In this document: one piece after another, positions 13,598 through 26,939 of the stretch
Numbering within the stretch: the first letter of the stretch is position 1
How the letters are laid out: each line of letters begins with the position of its first letter
NCBI GenBank assembly: GCA_964016885.1
Contig: OZ024757.1
Location: 5,952,001-6,016,000, forward strand
Origin: Eledone cirrhosa
Taxonomy: Eukaryota
DNA: 64,000 nt
Direction: 5' to 3'
Translations under genes and position numbers: made by a program
Notes under the pieces: generated by a model
The model's input: the letters and a program-made list of their open reading frames with translations, nothing else
The model's database searches: none
Told to the model about the DNA's origin: nothing

Positions 13598-16500
13598 ATT
13601 AGTTTTATGATTTTAAAACCTCTGTAATTTCCGTTATACTAATTTATTTTCATTATTCTGAACTCCGAAGCCGAGAATCATTCAGTTTCCTAAATAGTAT
13701 ATTAGTCTACGACTCCATTTATACCATAAACGTGGTTTTGTCTTTACGTGTAATTGTTGTCACCTCTCCACATAACGACGTATTATCTTCGCTTTTTTCC
13801 GTTCATTGCCAGGAAACGTCTTCACGAACCAAAGTATGGTCTTCCTGTTTTCCTTCGGTTGCAAAGTTTTTCGAAATATTTACTTTTTCGGTCATGGATT
13901 GATTTTTTTTCAGTTTCAGAAGATCCTGTTAAGGGGGAAAGCAGCGATTATTTGCTTAAACTTTATTCTGTTATTTTAATATATATATATAATTGGGTTT
14001 GGATGCTTAAAGCGTCCATATGCAGTAGGCCGTTTGAGCATTCGATTCTCTCATAGAGCAGAGTATATCACAGAAAAAGAGAGAATCAGTGTTGCGATGA
14101 ATGGAATTTAGTGGACATATTACAATCGTTTCTCTGGGGACCAACTCTGGGTACAATCGATGTGATGATCGAACCTGAAAATCTCAAGGCCCTCAGATGT
14201 CTTGATTCTATGATATATATACATATATCAGAAGGGCAGTGCCCCAGCATGGCCTCAGCCAGATAGCTGGAACACGTAAAAGAGTAAAAGAATATAATAC
14301 ATACGTGTATATTCCTATATTGTATTTATCCTCATCACAATTTAAACTCCAATTTACATGCTAACATGGGTCAGACGAGTTGTCCTATTGTGTGAAAACT
14401 TAGATCAAATAACCCTGTCTTGCTCATGCAAGAACCATTTCTGGTTGGATTGTACGGCTGGATGCCCTTCCTAACTCCAACCACAATTACAGGGTGGACT
14501 TGGTATTTATTGTTGTGTTGCTAACATGACCAACCTACAGGGCTGACTGGGTGCTTTTTGCTGCTCTTTGTCATGTCACCAATTTGAAGGGTGGTTCGGG
14601 TCCCTTCAATCTTGCCACTTGCATGACTACTTTACAGGGTGGGCTAGAGGCCTCCTGTCATGTCTACATCACTGGGTGAACTGGGTGCTTATTTATCATG
14701 TCACCAGCATGACTACCTTGCAGGGAGGGTTAGGTGCTCTTTTGTCATATTACCTAACAGAGAGGACTCTGTGTTCTTTTGTCATGACACTTGCATGACC
14801 ACCTTACAGGAGTGTCTGAGGGCTTTTAGCCATTTAAGCAGCATTGGGGGAGAGCATGTTAAGCTTTCCATACTTGTATACATGGGTTGGTCAAGAAAGG
14901 TGTATCGGATGTGAAAGTGGGGGTGGGGCTGTGTGTATGTAGGGTGGGGATTGGAGAGGTAGGTCAGGGTGGAGTACTTAGCTGGTAAGGGGGTGGAGTG
15001 TTAAGATGTGGGGAGGAGGAAAATTAGAGCATACTTCAAACCACTAAATGTTGCTTCATCCCGTGGACATGGGAATGCAGGTCTCCTGCAGTACTGTACA
15101 ATGCCAGAGATTTCAATCCTGTGTCATCACCTTTGAGAGGTACAATGGTGTCAGGTCAGTTTTTACCTCCTCATCCCAAGCTTTCCTAGGTCTTCTTCTT
15201 CCATCAATTTCAAGCAGTCAACCTTTTATACAGCATCTCTACCTTCATACACATCACATGCCTATACCACAGCAATCTCCTCTCCTGTATACTGTATCTT
15301 ATCCCTCTCATGCCCAGGTTTTCTCTCAGATTATTTACACTTTGCTCTTCATCTATATTAATATTACACATCCATTGGAGAATTCAAGCTTCATTTCTAT
15401 CCAATGTTCTGAGGTCCTCTGCACACAGCACCCACATCTCACTGCAATGCAGCATTGCTGTTCATATGCACACATCAATTTGGGTGAAAGAACCTATTGT
15501 AGCTAGCAGTAGTAGTAGCAAGAGAAACCTTTGCCATCTTGTTCTTACTCTGGTTACTGTCCATTCAGAACACCTATCTCCACTGCTAATTTGATCCCCA
15601 GGTAACAGAAACTGTCAACTGTTTCTACAGAATCCTTTAAATATTTGATAGAATAAAAGCGATTGTTACTGTTCCAGTGCAATGACCCCATGTAAAGCCT
15701 ACCTTCTTAGCTAACTTACCTTGTATCCCACTAAACCTCTTGTGTACCCATAGGCTCTTTAGTGTAAATAATGTTTCATACACATGTATGTGTGACTACT
15801 GGTTTCTGAGTCCACTTATGGCCACCACTGTTTAATGGGGGGAGGCACTTCCAAACAGATCCTTCATTGGGCACGCTGACAAATATTAAAAGGAAGTGCT
15901 TTCCTCCAACAATTTTCACCTCAAACAGAGGAGAGTTTCATTATGTTAAAAAGGGAGGTAAATCATTAGCAGTGGAATTGTCAGGATTAATTATATATGT
16001 AATTAGACATACATAGAATTGGTTGATTGCTTTTACAATCTAGTTGACTTAATTAGCAGTGGAGGGGGCTGCTCTAAAAGATGAATATCTCGAATAAGGA
16101 TAAGATGGAAAAAGTTTAGGGAGCTACTGCAACAGTTGACCACAAAAGGTTTCTCTCTGTACAAAAGGACAACAGTATGACACATGACGGTGATGTGCAA
16201 TGATGCATGGTAACGAAACAAGGGCTGTGACTGCAGAGGGTATGTAGACTGGAGAGAAATGCAACAACCATGGTTTGTAGGATATGTTATGTAAGTGTAA
16301 GAGAAAGGCAGAGCTTGGACGAGTACAAGAAGAAGCTGGGTTAAAGAGTGACCTGAAGTGGTGTGTAAGAGAGAACACTGTGTTTGTACGGACATGTGAT
16401 GCACATGGATAATGACCGCTGGGTGATGAAGTGGCAGGAAATCCCAGTGGAAGGAAGCCATAGTAGAGGTAGACCAAGAAAGAGATGGACAGAGGCTGTG

Positions 16501-17215
16501 TGAACTGACTCTCACAGAGGAGATGACAAAGGAACACGACAAGTGGAAAGATGCCATGTTGAGAAGGACATGTCCAACCCAAGCAAGCATGGACTAATGG
16601 ACATGAAAACAGTGATGATGTTGACAAAGATGACATACTCATACACATATATATACACAAATAAATCAAATACAGATATACACATACTTATATACAAACA
16701 CAAATACAAACATACTTGAACACAAATTTCTACACACATACATTCACAGATATATAGTGTATGTAAATTCTGAACAATACAGTTTTGTCAGCAACATTCT
16801 TGGTTGCAACTTCTACAAATAAATTGAAAGGAGAATAATTTCTTAGTAAAACAGTTTTATTCAAAATATTAACAACATTGGTGGCACTATTTTAGGTGAG
16901 TGACATGGTTTTTATTTTGTCTGATTGTGTTTGTGTTGAATTAAATAAACTTTACAAGAAAATGATTTACCACAGACATCACAGTGATATGGTTCCTCTC
17001 CTGTAGATGTTAGTGTCTAGTGAAGCCACAACATTTAGAGAATGATGTACCAAATATATCAAAGTGATATGGCTTCCCAGCTGTACGTATATGTTTACGT
17101 GTAGTTAATGTAACATTCAAAGAGAATGATTTCCCTCAGATGTCACAATGATATGTATTTGTATTCTCATTAATTCACAAATTAGAGGGAATGATTTATT
17201 ACTGATGTTAATGTG

Positions 17216-18319
17216 TTATGATTGCTCTTCTGCATGTATAAGTTTGTGAGTAGTTAGGCTACTTTTCCTAGAGAATGATATACCACAGATATCACAGTGA
17301 TATGGCTTGTCTCCTGTATGTATACGATTGTGAGTAGTTAAGCTACTACATACAGAGAATGATTTACCACAGATATCACAGTGGTATGGCTTGTCTCCTG
17401 TATGGGTACGTTTGTGGCTAGTTAAGGTACTACTATCAGAGAATGATTTACCACAGATATCACAGTGATATGGCTTCTCTCCTGTATGTATACGTTGGTG
17501 GCTAGTTAAGTGACCACTTTCAGAAAATGACTCACCACAGATATCACAGTGATATGGCTTCTCTCCTGTATGTATACGTTTGTGACTAGTTAAGGTACCA
17601 CTTTGAGAGAATGATTTACCACAGATATCACAGTAATATGGCTTGTCTCCTGTATGTATACGTTTATGAGTAGTTATGCTACTACTTACAGAGAATGATT
17701 TACCACAGATATCACAGTGATATGGCTTGTCTCCTGTATGTAAACGTTTGTGTCTAGTTAAGCTACCACTTTGAGAGAATGATTTACCACAGATATCACA
17801 GTAATATGGCTTGTCTCCTGTATGGGTATGCCTGTGTCTAGTTAAGGTACTAATATTGGAGAATGATTTACCACAGATATCACAGTGATATGGCTTGTCT
17901 CTTGTATGGGTACGCCTGTGTCTAGTTAAGGTACTACTATCGGAGAATGATTTGTCACAGATATTACAGTGATATGGCTTCTCTCCTGTATGGGTACGTT
18001 TGTGAGGAATTAAGTGACTAATTTGAGAGAATGACTTACCACAGATATCACAATGGTATGGCCTGTCACCTGTATGTGTACGTTTGTGATAAGTTAAGTG
18101 ACTACTATGAGAGAATGATTTACCACAGATATCACAGGGATATGGTTTCTCTCCTGTATGTATACGTTTGTGTCTAGTCAAGGCACTACTATCAGAGAAT
18201 GATTTACCACAGATATCACAGTGATATGGCTTCTCTTCTCTAACTGTTGTCATCTCACCAGGAATACTAAACACTTTAGATTGTGTTTCACATTTAATCT
18301 TTTCACATTTATTTTCCAT
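17216..18319 (-). CDS. Tandem C2H2 zinc-finger protein, 12 fingers, 367 aa (copy B)
   Basis: Intact ORF with 12 Cx2Cx12Hx3H units and TG(E/D)KPY linkers after a ~30-aa leader. Confidence 0.95.
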   Translation of the reverse strand: MENKCEKIKCETQSKVFSIPGEMTTVREEKPYHCDICGKSFSDSSALTRHKRIHTGEKPYPCDICGKSFSHSSHLTYHKRTHTGDRPYHCDICGKSFSQISHLIPHKRTHTGEKPYHCNICDKSFSDSSTLTRHRRTHTRDKPYHCDICGKSFSNISTLTRHRHTHTGDKPYYCDICGKSFSQSGSLTRHKRLHTGDKPYHCDICGKSFSVSSSITTHKRIHTGDKPYYCDICGKSFSQSGTLTSHKRIHTGEKPYHCDICGESFSESGHLTSHQRIHTGEKPYHCDICGKSFSDSSTLTSHKRTHTGDKPYHCDICGKSFSVCSSLTTHNRIHTGDKPYHCDICGISFSRKSSLTTHKLIHAEEQS

Positions 18320-18979
18320 AATTATTTCTTCTTTAACAGAATATTCAGATGTTTTCCTTGTAATATTTTTTATATTATATTTCTTATAAAATATTTCTTC
18401 TATATTTCCCTCAACTATATTTCAGTTAATATCTGAAGATAATACAAACTTCTTTTTCACCCAAGTTTAGTTAAAATACAAAACCATCTCATAGTTAAGA
18501 AAATAAACTCAGTTTTGAGGAAATATTTCACAATAATTGAAATATAGATTTATATAAAGTATTATATAAGTTCTGTTTAGAAGGTTTTAGTCTTCAAATG
18601 ATGATAAATAGAGGGGATATGTCCAAGATTGAAAATAATAATTTATCCCAATGTCATCTGATATTCTGAAATAAGAAAGAAACAGTATGAGATAATACAG
18701 AATACTTTAGAAGCAGAGATAGATTTAACAGTGGAAATGTTATATTTCTATATTGGTAAACTGTAGATATCAACATTCCGACCAGAGCAATTCTCTCCAA
18801 TGTAAGCAGTGGTATTGCAGCATGCTCTATAAATTATATCCTTCTATCTCTTCAGAGGTCTGCTCTATGGCAGTTTAGCAAAAAATTAATTCTTATAAAA
18901 CTTATAAGAAACAGTATGAGATAATAGAGAATACTTAAAATGCAGGGATAGATTTAACAGTGGAAATATTACATGTTTA

Positions 18980-19113
18980 CCACATTTACCAGCGTCGAAG
19001 ACATTACTTTTTCCCTAAAATAAGTCTCAAAAATCAACCATACGTCTTGGAGGCCGAAGGTTGTTTATTATTTTTCTTCAAAAATTAGTCGTCTTCGGCA
19101 CCGGTAAATACGG
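18980..19113. mobile_element. Short Tc1/pogo-type MITE
   Basis: Imperfect TIRs CCACATTTACCAGCGTCGAAGAC / GTCTTCGGCACCGGTAAATACGG flanked by TA; second copy at 51179-51312. Confidence 0.7.
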
Positions 19114-19189
19114 TACATTGGTAAACTGTAGAAATACACCTGTGTGATGTTTATTTATATAAACCTAGGCTATATATATGTCAAACTAC

Positions 19190-19980
19190 AGCTGCACCAT
19201 CACTATAGCGGTGTCATCTAGTACAGGGCCCCAAAACTGTGGTAACCTTGTGAGATGGGTTTGGCATGACCGACTGGCTACCCTCCCCATAGTGGCACAG
19301 ACAACTGGCCAGCCCTTCTCGTAACTGTACCATCCAGTACCTGTCCACATAACTATGCTAACCTCATGAAAAGGGTTTGGCCCATCTGGCTGGCCACCCC
19401 TCCTCATAATGGTGCCATCCAGTACCAGGCCCCAAAATTATAGTTCCACTGTGAGATGGGTTCAGTGCAGCCAACTGGCCTGTCCCTCCTCATAACAGAG
19501 CCATCCAGTCCCACACTGTAAACATGGCTGGTGTTAGGAAGGGAATCCAGCTGTAAAATACCCAACCAAATTTACAGACCTCACCTGAGCCAGGTGTGAC
19601 ACATGGCCAACCCTGGCCAGACTTGCCTTCTGGTGTGGATGACCCGTCTAACCCATGCCAGAATGGAAAAATGGACGTTAAATGGTGATGACACAGACAT
19701 ATATATATATTCTACCCACACTGGACATGTAAAAGACACAGCAAAAAGCACCCAGCCCACACTGTAAAGTGGACATGTAGGTGTCTTGGGAAATGCACCC
19801 AGTCCATACTGTCAATGTGGAAATATAACATTAGGAAGGGTATCCAGCCATAGAAAGCTAGCCAAAAACACCCCTATATGAGTTAGACTCGGTCACCCGA
19901 CCCAACTTGTCTCTAAATGGGACCCGTCTAACCCATGCTAGCGTGGAAGATGGACGTTAATTGATGATGATGATGATGAT
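19190..19980 (+). mobile_element. Tandem RTE-type 3' UTR modules
   Basis: GGTGTTAGGAAGGG..ATCCAGC and AACCCATGCTAGCGTGGAAGATGGACGTTAA(TGA)n tails; related to 40500-41095; duplicated at 51390-52182. Confidence 0.65.
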
Positions 19981-20197
19981 ATATAATAAAATGTTGTAGT
20001 TTGCTTGAAACATTCTATATAATATATAACATTGAAAGAGATAGAAGGCTAAACAATGCAAAATGGACTGTAAGATGAAGTAAGGAAAAGTAAAAGTTAC
20101 CTGGTAATCTTTGTTTTGTTTTTTGTTGTTGTTGTTCTTTTATTTGTCCAATATTTTGGGACCTAAAAGTCCTTTCTTCAGCGTTTAACACTTTAGC

Positions 20198-20375
20198 ATT
20201 TACATTACTCTATATATACTATTATATTTCCATGGTAAAGACATTACCTCACATAACATTTACACTACTCTATATATACTATTATATTTCCATGGTAAAG
20301 GCTTTACCTCACATAACATTTACACTACTCTATATATACTATTATATTTCCATGGTAAAGGCTTTACGTCACATG
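20198..20375. repeat. 60-bp tandem triplication
   Basis: CATTTACACTACTCTATATATACTATTATATTTCCATGGTAAAG.. x3; also at 52400-52577. Confidence 0.9.
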
Positions 20376-20626
20376 TGACATAATATCGAATCTATGAGAT
20401 TTTGATATTATTTACATTGAGAACAATACCTTAACATGAGTATGAGTGGCCAATTACGGCTGTTTTAAAAAGAAAAGGTGGACAAAATTCTGGCTAGTTA
20501 TGGCAAATTTAAATGTGAAAGGGATAAGCAACATTCAGTAGATAATGTTCCAATTTCCTCTCTTTGGGATTAAATTTTGATTTTGATTAAAAAGTTTTCT
20601 AAGTCATTTTCAAACATTTTATAAAA

Positions 20627-21240
20627 TTGATGGAAGCTGTGAAGTAGGAAGACCTGGGATGAGGTGATAAAAGCTGACCTCACACAATTGATGGAAGCTA
20701 TGGAGTAAGAAGGCCTGGGCTGAGGTGATAAAAGCTGACCTCACACAATTGATGGGAGCTGTGGAGTAGGAAGACCTAGGATGAGGTGATAAAAGCTGAC
20801 CTCACACAATTGATGGGAGCTGTGGAGTAGGAAGATCTAGTTTGAGGTGATAAAAGCTGACCTCACACAATTGATGGAAGCTATGGAGTAAGAAGGCCTG
20901 GGCTGAGGTGATAAAAGCTGACCTCACACAATTGATGGAAGCTATGGAGTAAAAAGACCTAGTTTGAGGCGTTAAAAGCTGACCTCACACAATTGATGGA
21001 AGCTATGGAGTAGGAAGATCTAGTTTGAGGTGATAACAGCTGACCTCACACAATTGATGGAAGCTATGAAGTAAGAAGACCTGGGATGAGGTGATAAAAG
21101 CTGACCTCACACAATTGATGGAAGCTATGAAGTAGGAAGATCTAGGATCAGGTGATAAAAGCTGACCTCACACAATTGATGGAAGCTATAGAGAAGGAAG
21201 ACCTGGGATGAGGTGATAAAAGCTGACCTGACACAATTGC
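20627..21240 (+). repeat. 61-bp satellite derived from RTE ORF 3' end (10 units)
   Basis: Unit TTGATGGAAGCTATGGAGTAGGAAGACCTGGGATGAGGTGATAAAAGCTGACCTCACACAA; continues into normal RTE sequence at 21237. Confidence 0.92.
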
Positions 21241-21568
21241 ACTTCTCAAAGACAATGACACAGGATTGAGATATTTGGTGTTATACAGTAATATAGAAGA
21301 CCAGCCTTTCCTAGCATTGGTATCAATGACTCCCACATGGACATCAATACACATCTATATATACACACCTAACATATTGAAGACCCCCGTCGGTCACGAA
21401 TGACCATGTGATTTGCAACTAGAAAGTTCCCCTCTGAGGCACAAGTCTGGTTGTTTGAGGAAGACCAGCAGTCACCCAAGTATACCAGTCTACCCTCTCC
21501 ATGCCACAGATGTTGTCCAAGGGAAAGGTAATGGCTGATACAGCTTGGAACATCACTACATATATATA

Positions 21569-22460
21569 AGAGGTGTGTCAGAAAAGTTCCAGGACTGATG
21601 TCACAAAAGATTTATTTCAAACCCAAACTTCACACTAAGAGTTATCTCCTTCAAAGTAATCCCCCTGGAGTATGTAACTGTAATCTTAGCTCTCTGCAGC
21701 AATCAAACTTTTTTCTTCATAATTTTATATACATGTCCTCTGTTTCAGGTCGTCAAGCAATGAGCACAGAGCAACGAACAAACTTGAAAACTCCGTCAGA
21801 AGCACTGGGATTGCTGCAGCAAGTGTATGGAGATGAGACGATGTCACGCTCACGTGTTTTTGAGTGGTGCAAGAGGTTTAAAGAAGGATGCGACGTGGAA
21901 GATGACCCCAGGAGCAGAAGGTCCTCAACAACCAGGACTGAAGTCAATGTTGAGCGCGTCAGGCAGATGGTGCGTAGCAATCGTCGGCTGACTGTTCGGC
22001 TGATGGCTAATGAGCTGGGCATGAATCGGTACAGCGTCTGGAAGATTCTCACTGAAGATTTGGACATGCGGAAAGTCTGCGCGAAGATGGTGCCAAAACT
22101 GCTAAACGATGACCAGAAGGGTCGACGCATGCAAGTGTGCCAGGACATGCTCGAGCGTCTTGAAACTGAACCAGACTTGCTAGGGACAGTCATCACCGGT
22201 GATGAGTCATGGATTTTCAAGTACGACCCGGAGGGAACCCGTTTTGAAGATGTGGATGACATCAAAAAGGCTGTGACGACGGAACTGCGGAAGGTCCCGG
22301 AAGAATCCTTCTAGGAGTGCATGCAAGCGTGGTAGAAAAGGATGGAAAAGTGCATTAGACTCCAGGGGGTTACTTTGAAGGAGAAAACTCTTAGTGTGAA
22401 GTTTGGGTTTGAAATAAAACTTTTGTGACATCAGTCCTGGAACTTTTCTGACCCACCTCA
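21569..22460 (+). mobile_element. Internally deleted mariner transposon
   Basis: ~100-bp TIRs; ORF from ATG 21760 has HTH region, MVPKLL (WVPHEL-like) and TGDESW, then jumps to RFEDVDDIK so the second and third catalytic Asp region is missing. Confidence 0.92.
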
Positions 22461-23010
22461 TGTATATATATATATATACACTGTCTACATTATATATTAT
22501 ACAATATATATGTTGTCCAAGGGAAACTCAATGGTTGATACAGCTTGACACCAGTGACATCACAACATATGTACACTATATATATATATACACACTGTGT
22601 ACATTATATATTATACACTATATATGTTGTCCAAGGGAAAGGCAATGGCTGTCACAGCTTGGCACCAATGACATCACAACATATATATACACTATATACA
22701 CTATATTATATATACACTGTGTACAATATATATATATACAATATATATGATGTTGTCCAAGGGAAAAGCAATGGCTGATACAGCTTGGCACCTGTGACAT
22801 CACAACATATATACACTATATATGTTGTCCAAGGGTAAAGCAATGCCTGACACAGCTTGGCACCAGTGACATCACAACATATATATATATACACTATATA
22901 TATATATATATATACACTGTGTACAGTATATATTATACACTATATATATTTTCCAAAGGAAAGGTAATGGCTGACACAGCTTGGCACCAGTGACATCACA
23001 ACATATATAT
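22461..23010. repeat. SINE-fragment/AT tandem array
   Basis: Five copies of the GTCCAAGGGAAA..GACATCACAAC unit. Confidence 0.85.
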
Positions 23011-23434
23011 ATAACTTATATCCCAGACATCCATAGATTATTTCTATTCTACAGCTATCTCTCTTCCCCAGTTTCAAAATGTTCTGTTTACATTATTATT
23101 ATCATTCACTTGTTTCCACAACGTATATACTTCAACCTTGTTTTTGATATAAACCATGTTGGACATTGTGTCTTTCTCTACAAACTCATCCCTAAACCCT
23201 GTCATCACCTCCCCTTTCTCCCACTCATTCATTTCGGTGTTTACGAAGCTTGGTGACCATCTTCAAAGTTCTTGCATACTTGCCTTGTCTAATATGTCTA
23301 CTTATATCTGCTTATTTCCCCCAAATCTCCTGTGATGATATATGTCAAGATGGCTACCTATCTCCCAATTTCCCACTCACCACCATAGGCTATTTGACCA
23401 ATCAAACCTCAGCAACATGTCCTTACCCATTACT

Positions 23435-23820
23435 AGCCCCAACAAACTCTGCCATTACTACTACTGTCCTTCTAGCCCTTACCAGCCCCAACAAACTCTG
23501 CCATTACTACTATTGTCCTTCTAGCCCTTACCAGCCCCAACAAACTCTGCAATCACTACTATTGTCCTTCTAGCCCTTACCAGCCCCAACAAACTCTGCC
23601 ATTACTACTACTGTCCTTCTAGCCCTTACCAGCGCCCAAAAACTCTGTCATTGCTACTACTGTCCTTCTAGCCCTTACTAGCCCCAACAAACTCTGCTAT
23701 TACTACTACTGTCCTTCTAGCCCTTACCAGCCCAACAAACTCTGCCATTACTACTACTGTCCTTCTAGCCCTTACCAGCCCAACAAACTCTGCCATTGCT
23801 ACTACTGTCCTTCTAGCCCT
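23435..23820. repeat. 49-bp minisatellite (~8 units)
   Basis: Same unit as 7965-8243. Confidence 0.9.
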
Positions 23821-23989
23821 GCACCAAAGAATTCTTGTTCACCATTATGTATGGAGGAGCGAAGGATAAATGGAACAACCCCGAATAAATAAATGAATAT
23901 GAATCCGCGAGTTGCCAAGCACCCATGCGAAGCTTTAATTCAGAGACAGGAGGCATACACACTCCACTGCAAAAATTCACCCTCTCCCA

Positions 23990-25745
23990 GAAATGATGGC
24001 AAATGTCCAAAACTCTGAGTTGGCAGCATCAACATAAGCACAATGAAAGGAAGGGAAGGAGAAATTATAGACATGCTAGAGTGAAAGGATATTGACGTAT
24101 GCTGTGTGCAAGAGACTAGGTGGAGAGGAGAGTCCGCTAGAGTCCTTGTAGGCAAAAGTCAGTGCTATAAATTTTTCTAGGTGGGAAATGACAGCGGGAT
24201 GGGTGGTGTAGGTATACTATTAGCTGAGAAATGGGTAGATAAGGTAATAACCACATATTGTTAACCAGGTAATACTATAGGGTCTCATACCAAAGGATTG
24301 GTGCAGCAGCATCATCGTCAACTGCTACAAGGGTAAAGTAGATGCACTAGATAGAATAAACTATAGAGGTATGAAGCTGATGGACCAGGTTATGAAAGTA
24401 ATGGAAAGAGTCATAGCACATTTGATCAAGGACTGGGCAAAACTAGGTGAGATGCAGTTTGGGTTTGTGCCAGGAAAAAGCACCACTGATGCCCTCTTCC
24501 TTGTGAGGCAGTTACAGGAAAAGTACCTAGCTAAAAGTAAGCTGCTCTACCTTGCTTTTCTCGATCTAGAAAAAGTTTTGGACAGAGTGCCTCGTGCTAT
24601 AATCTGGTGGGCTCTTATAAAACTAGGAGTAGATTAGTGGCTTGTGAAAGCTGTACAGGCCATGTATAGCGGACATGCCAGTAAAGTTAGGCTTAACAAT
24701 TACAATAGCAAGGGATTTAGCATACAGGTCGGTGTCTACCAGGGCTCTGTTCTTAGCCTTCTCCTGTTTATAAAAGTATTGCAGGCTATAACAGAGGAGT
24801 TTAAGATCTGATGCCCATAGGAACTCCTATATGTGGATGATCTTACACTTATAGCTGAATCTATGGCAGTACTAAAGAAACAAGCACCACCAAACTCTGG
24901 GAGAGCTCTGTAGAAACAAGAGAGAGCTTTTGCTATCTAGGTGACTGAATGAGCAGCGGAGGTGGGTGTTTTGAAAGTACAGTAACCAGGGTAACAACGG
25001 GATTGAAGAAGTTCAGGGAGCTACTGCCACTGCTAGCTGCAAAAGGCTTTTCCCTCAAAATGAAAGGCAGACAGTATGATGCGTGCATACGAACAGCAAT
25101 GTTACATGGTAGTGAAACCTGGGCGCTGTCTGTAGATTAGAAAGAAATGAAGCTTGCATGCTCCGATGGATGTGTAATAGTAATGTACATGAACAGCAAA
25201 GCATTAACAAATTGAGAGAGAGACAGAGCATAAGAGGAATCAAATGCTGTGTGCAGGAGAGGAGGTTGTGTTGGTATAGACATGTGATGTGTATGTAGGA
25301 TGAAAGCTACATAAAAAGATGCAGAGCACTAGAAGTCGATGGTAGCCATGGAGTGGGGAACCCAAGAAGACCTGGTATGAGGTGATGAAAGCTGACCTTA
25401 CCCAATTGCACCTCCCAAATGCGATGACACCGGACCGTGACATCTGGCTTCACACAGTAATATAGAAGACCCGACTTCCAACGGATACAAGCCGAAGCTG
25501 AAGCATATAGACAATATGCCACCACCCCCTCCCACTGTAAAGTGGCCATGGAGGTGTCACAACAAAAAAACACCCATCACTCACTGTGAGGTTGGTGTTA
25601 GGAAGGGCATCCAGCTGTAGATATCAAGCCAAAATCGGTTCCCATCTGAGTAAGACAAGGTCACCCTACCTGGCACTGCCCACAACAGGACAACCTGTTT
25701 AACCCATACTACCGTGGAAGAAGGGACGTAAAACAGTGATGATGA
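23990..25745 (+). mobile_element. Non-autonomous deleted RTE derivative (copy B)
   Basis: Colinear with 8410-10390 but lacking the SINE insertion. Confidence 0.85.
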
Positions 25746-26109
25746 TATACATATATACACTGTGTACAGTATATATACACTATATATATTATACAGTATA
25801 TATACACTATATATATGTCCAAGAGAAAGGCAATGGCCAATACAGCTTGGCACCAGTGACGTCAGAACGTATATATATACTATATGTATATATTATATAT
25901 ATATACTATATATATATACACTATGTATATATTATATATACACGTCCAAACCCATGCAAGCGTGGAAGATGGACATTAAACGATGATGATGATGATGACA
26001 CTGTGTACAGTATATATACACTATATATATTATACAGTATATATACACTATATATATTATACAGTATATATATACACTATATATATTATACAGTATCTAT
26101 ACACTATAT

Positions 26110-26297
26110 ATATGTCCAAGGGAAAGGCTATGGCCGATACAGCTTGGCACCAGTGACATCACAACTCATTTCTACAGCTGAGTAAACTGGAGCAACGTGA
26201 AATAAAGTGTCTTGCTCAAGGATACAACACATCACACGGTCCGAGAATCGAACTCACAACCATTCGATTGCAAGCCCAATGCTCTAACCACTAAGCC
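26110..26297 (-). mobile_element. 5' half of tRNA-derived SINE
   Basis: Minus strand TGGCTTAGTGGTTAGAGC..GAGTTCGATTCTCGGACC..CTTGAGCAAGACACTTTATTTCACGTTGCTCCAG; paralogue at ~57770-57955. Confidence 0.8.
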
Positions 26298-26939
26298 AGG
26301 ATACGTTCCAGAACCGACGGTGATATAGAGAGACCATAAAGACAACTGTTGTTTCCATAGTTTAAGCCTTAAAATACCTCTCATACATGCTTTAAGTACA
26401 TATAAACTCATTAAAATACACTTTTGTATTTAAACACCAAAAACAACCAGTAACGATCGTATAGAAACTACCACCAACCATCATACCACTATTTACCAAT
26501 GAGGACTATTGCCAGCCACGGTAGCCACTTGGTAATACACTGCACATCTCCCGTCAATCTATGAAGGGTTTGTAGTAGATTAGAGCAAAACACAATCAGT
26601 AAAACAGTAATGGAATGAAAAATATAAACATTTTTTCATAGTTAAAGCCTTAAGAAGTCCCTTCCTTATGATATACACTTTAATAACATTGAAACTTATT
26701 TAATAAGTTTAAAATTTAAACACTTTTTATTCAGACGTACCGGGATAAGAAAATAGATATGTTCTAACGAATAATCCGCGATGTGGCGAGGATTACCGCG
26801 ATAGGAAATTAGATACGTTCCAAAGAAATATCCGCGATGTAACGGGAGCGCGAAAAGTGAACCGCGATATAGCGGGGGATTACTGTATATATATACATAC
26901 ACAACATACATCTATCTATATACACTCATAACATATTTC

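Noticed and set aside
21598-21759. N-terminal extension of the mariner ORF
   Set aside because: Starts inside the TIR; transposase similarity begins at MSTEQR (21760)
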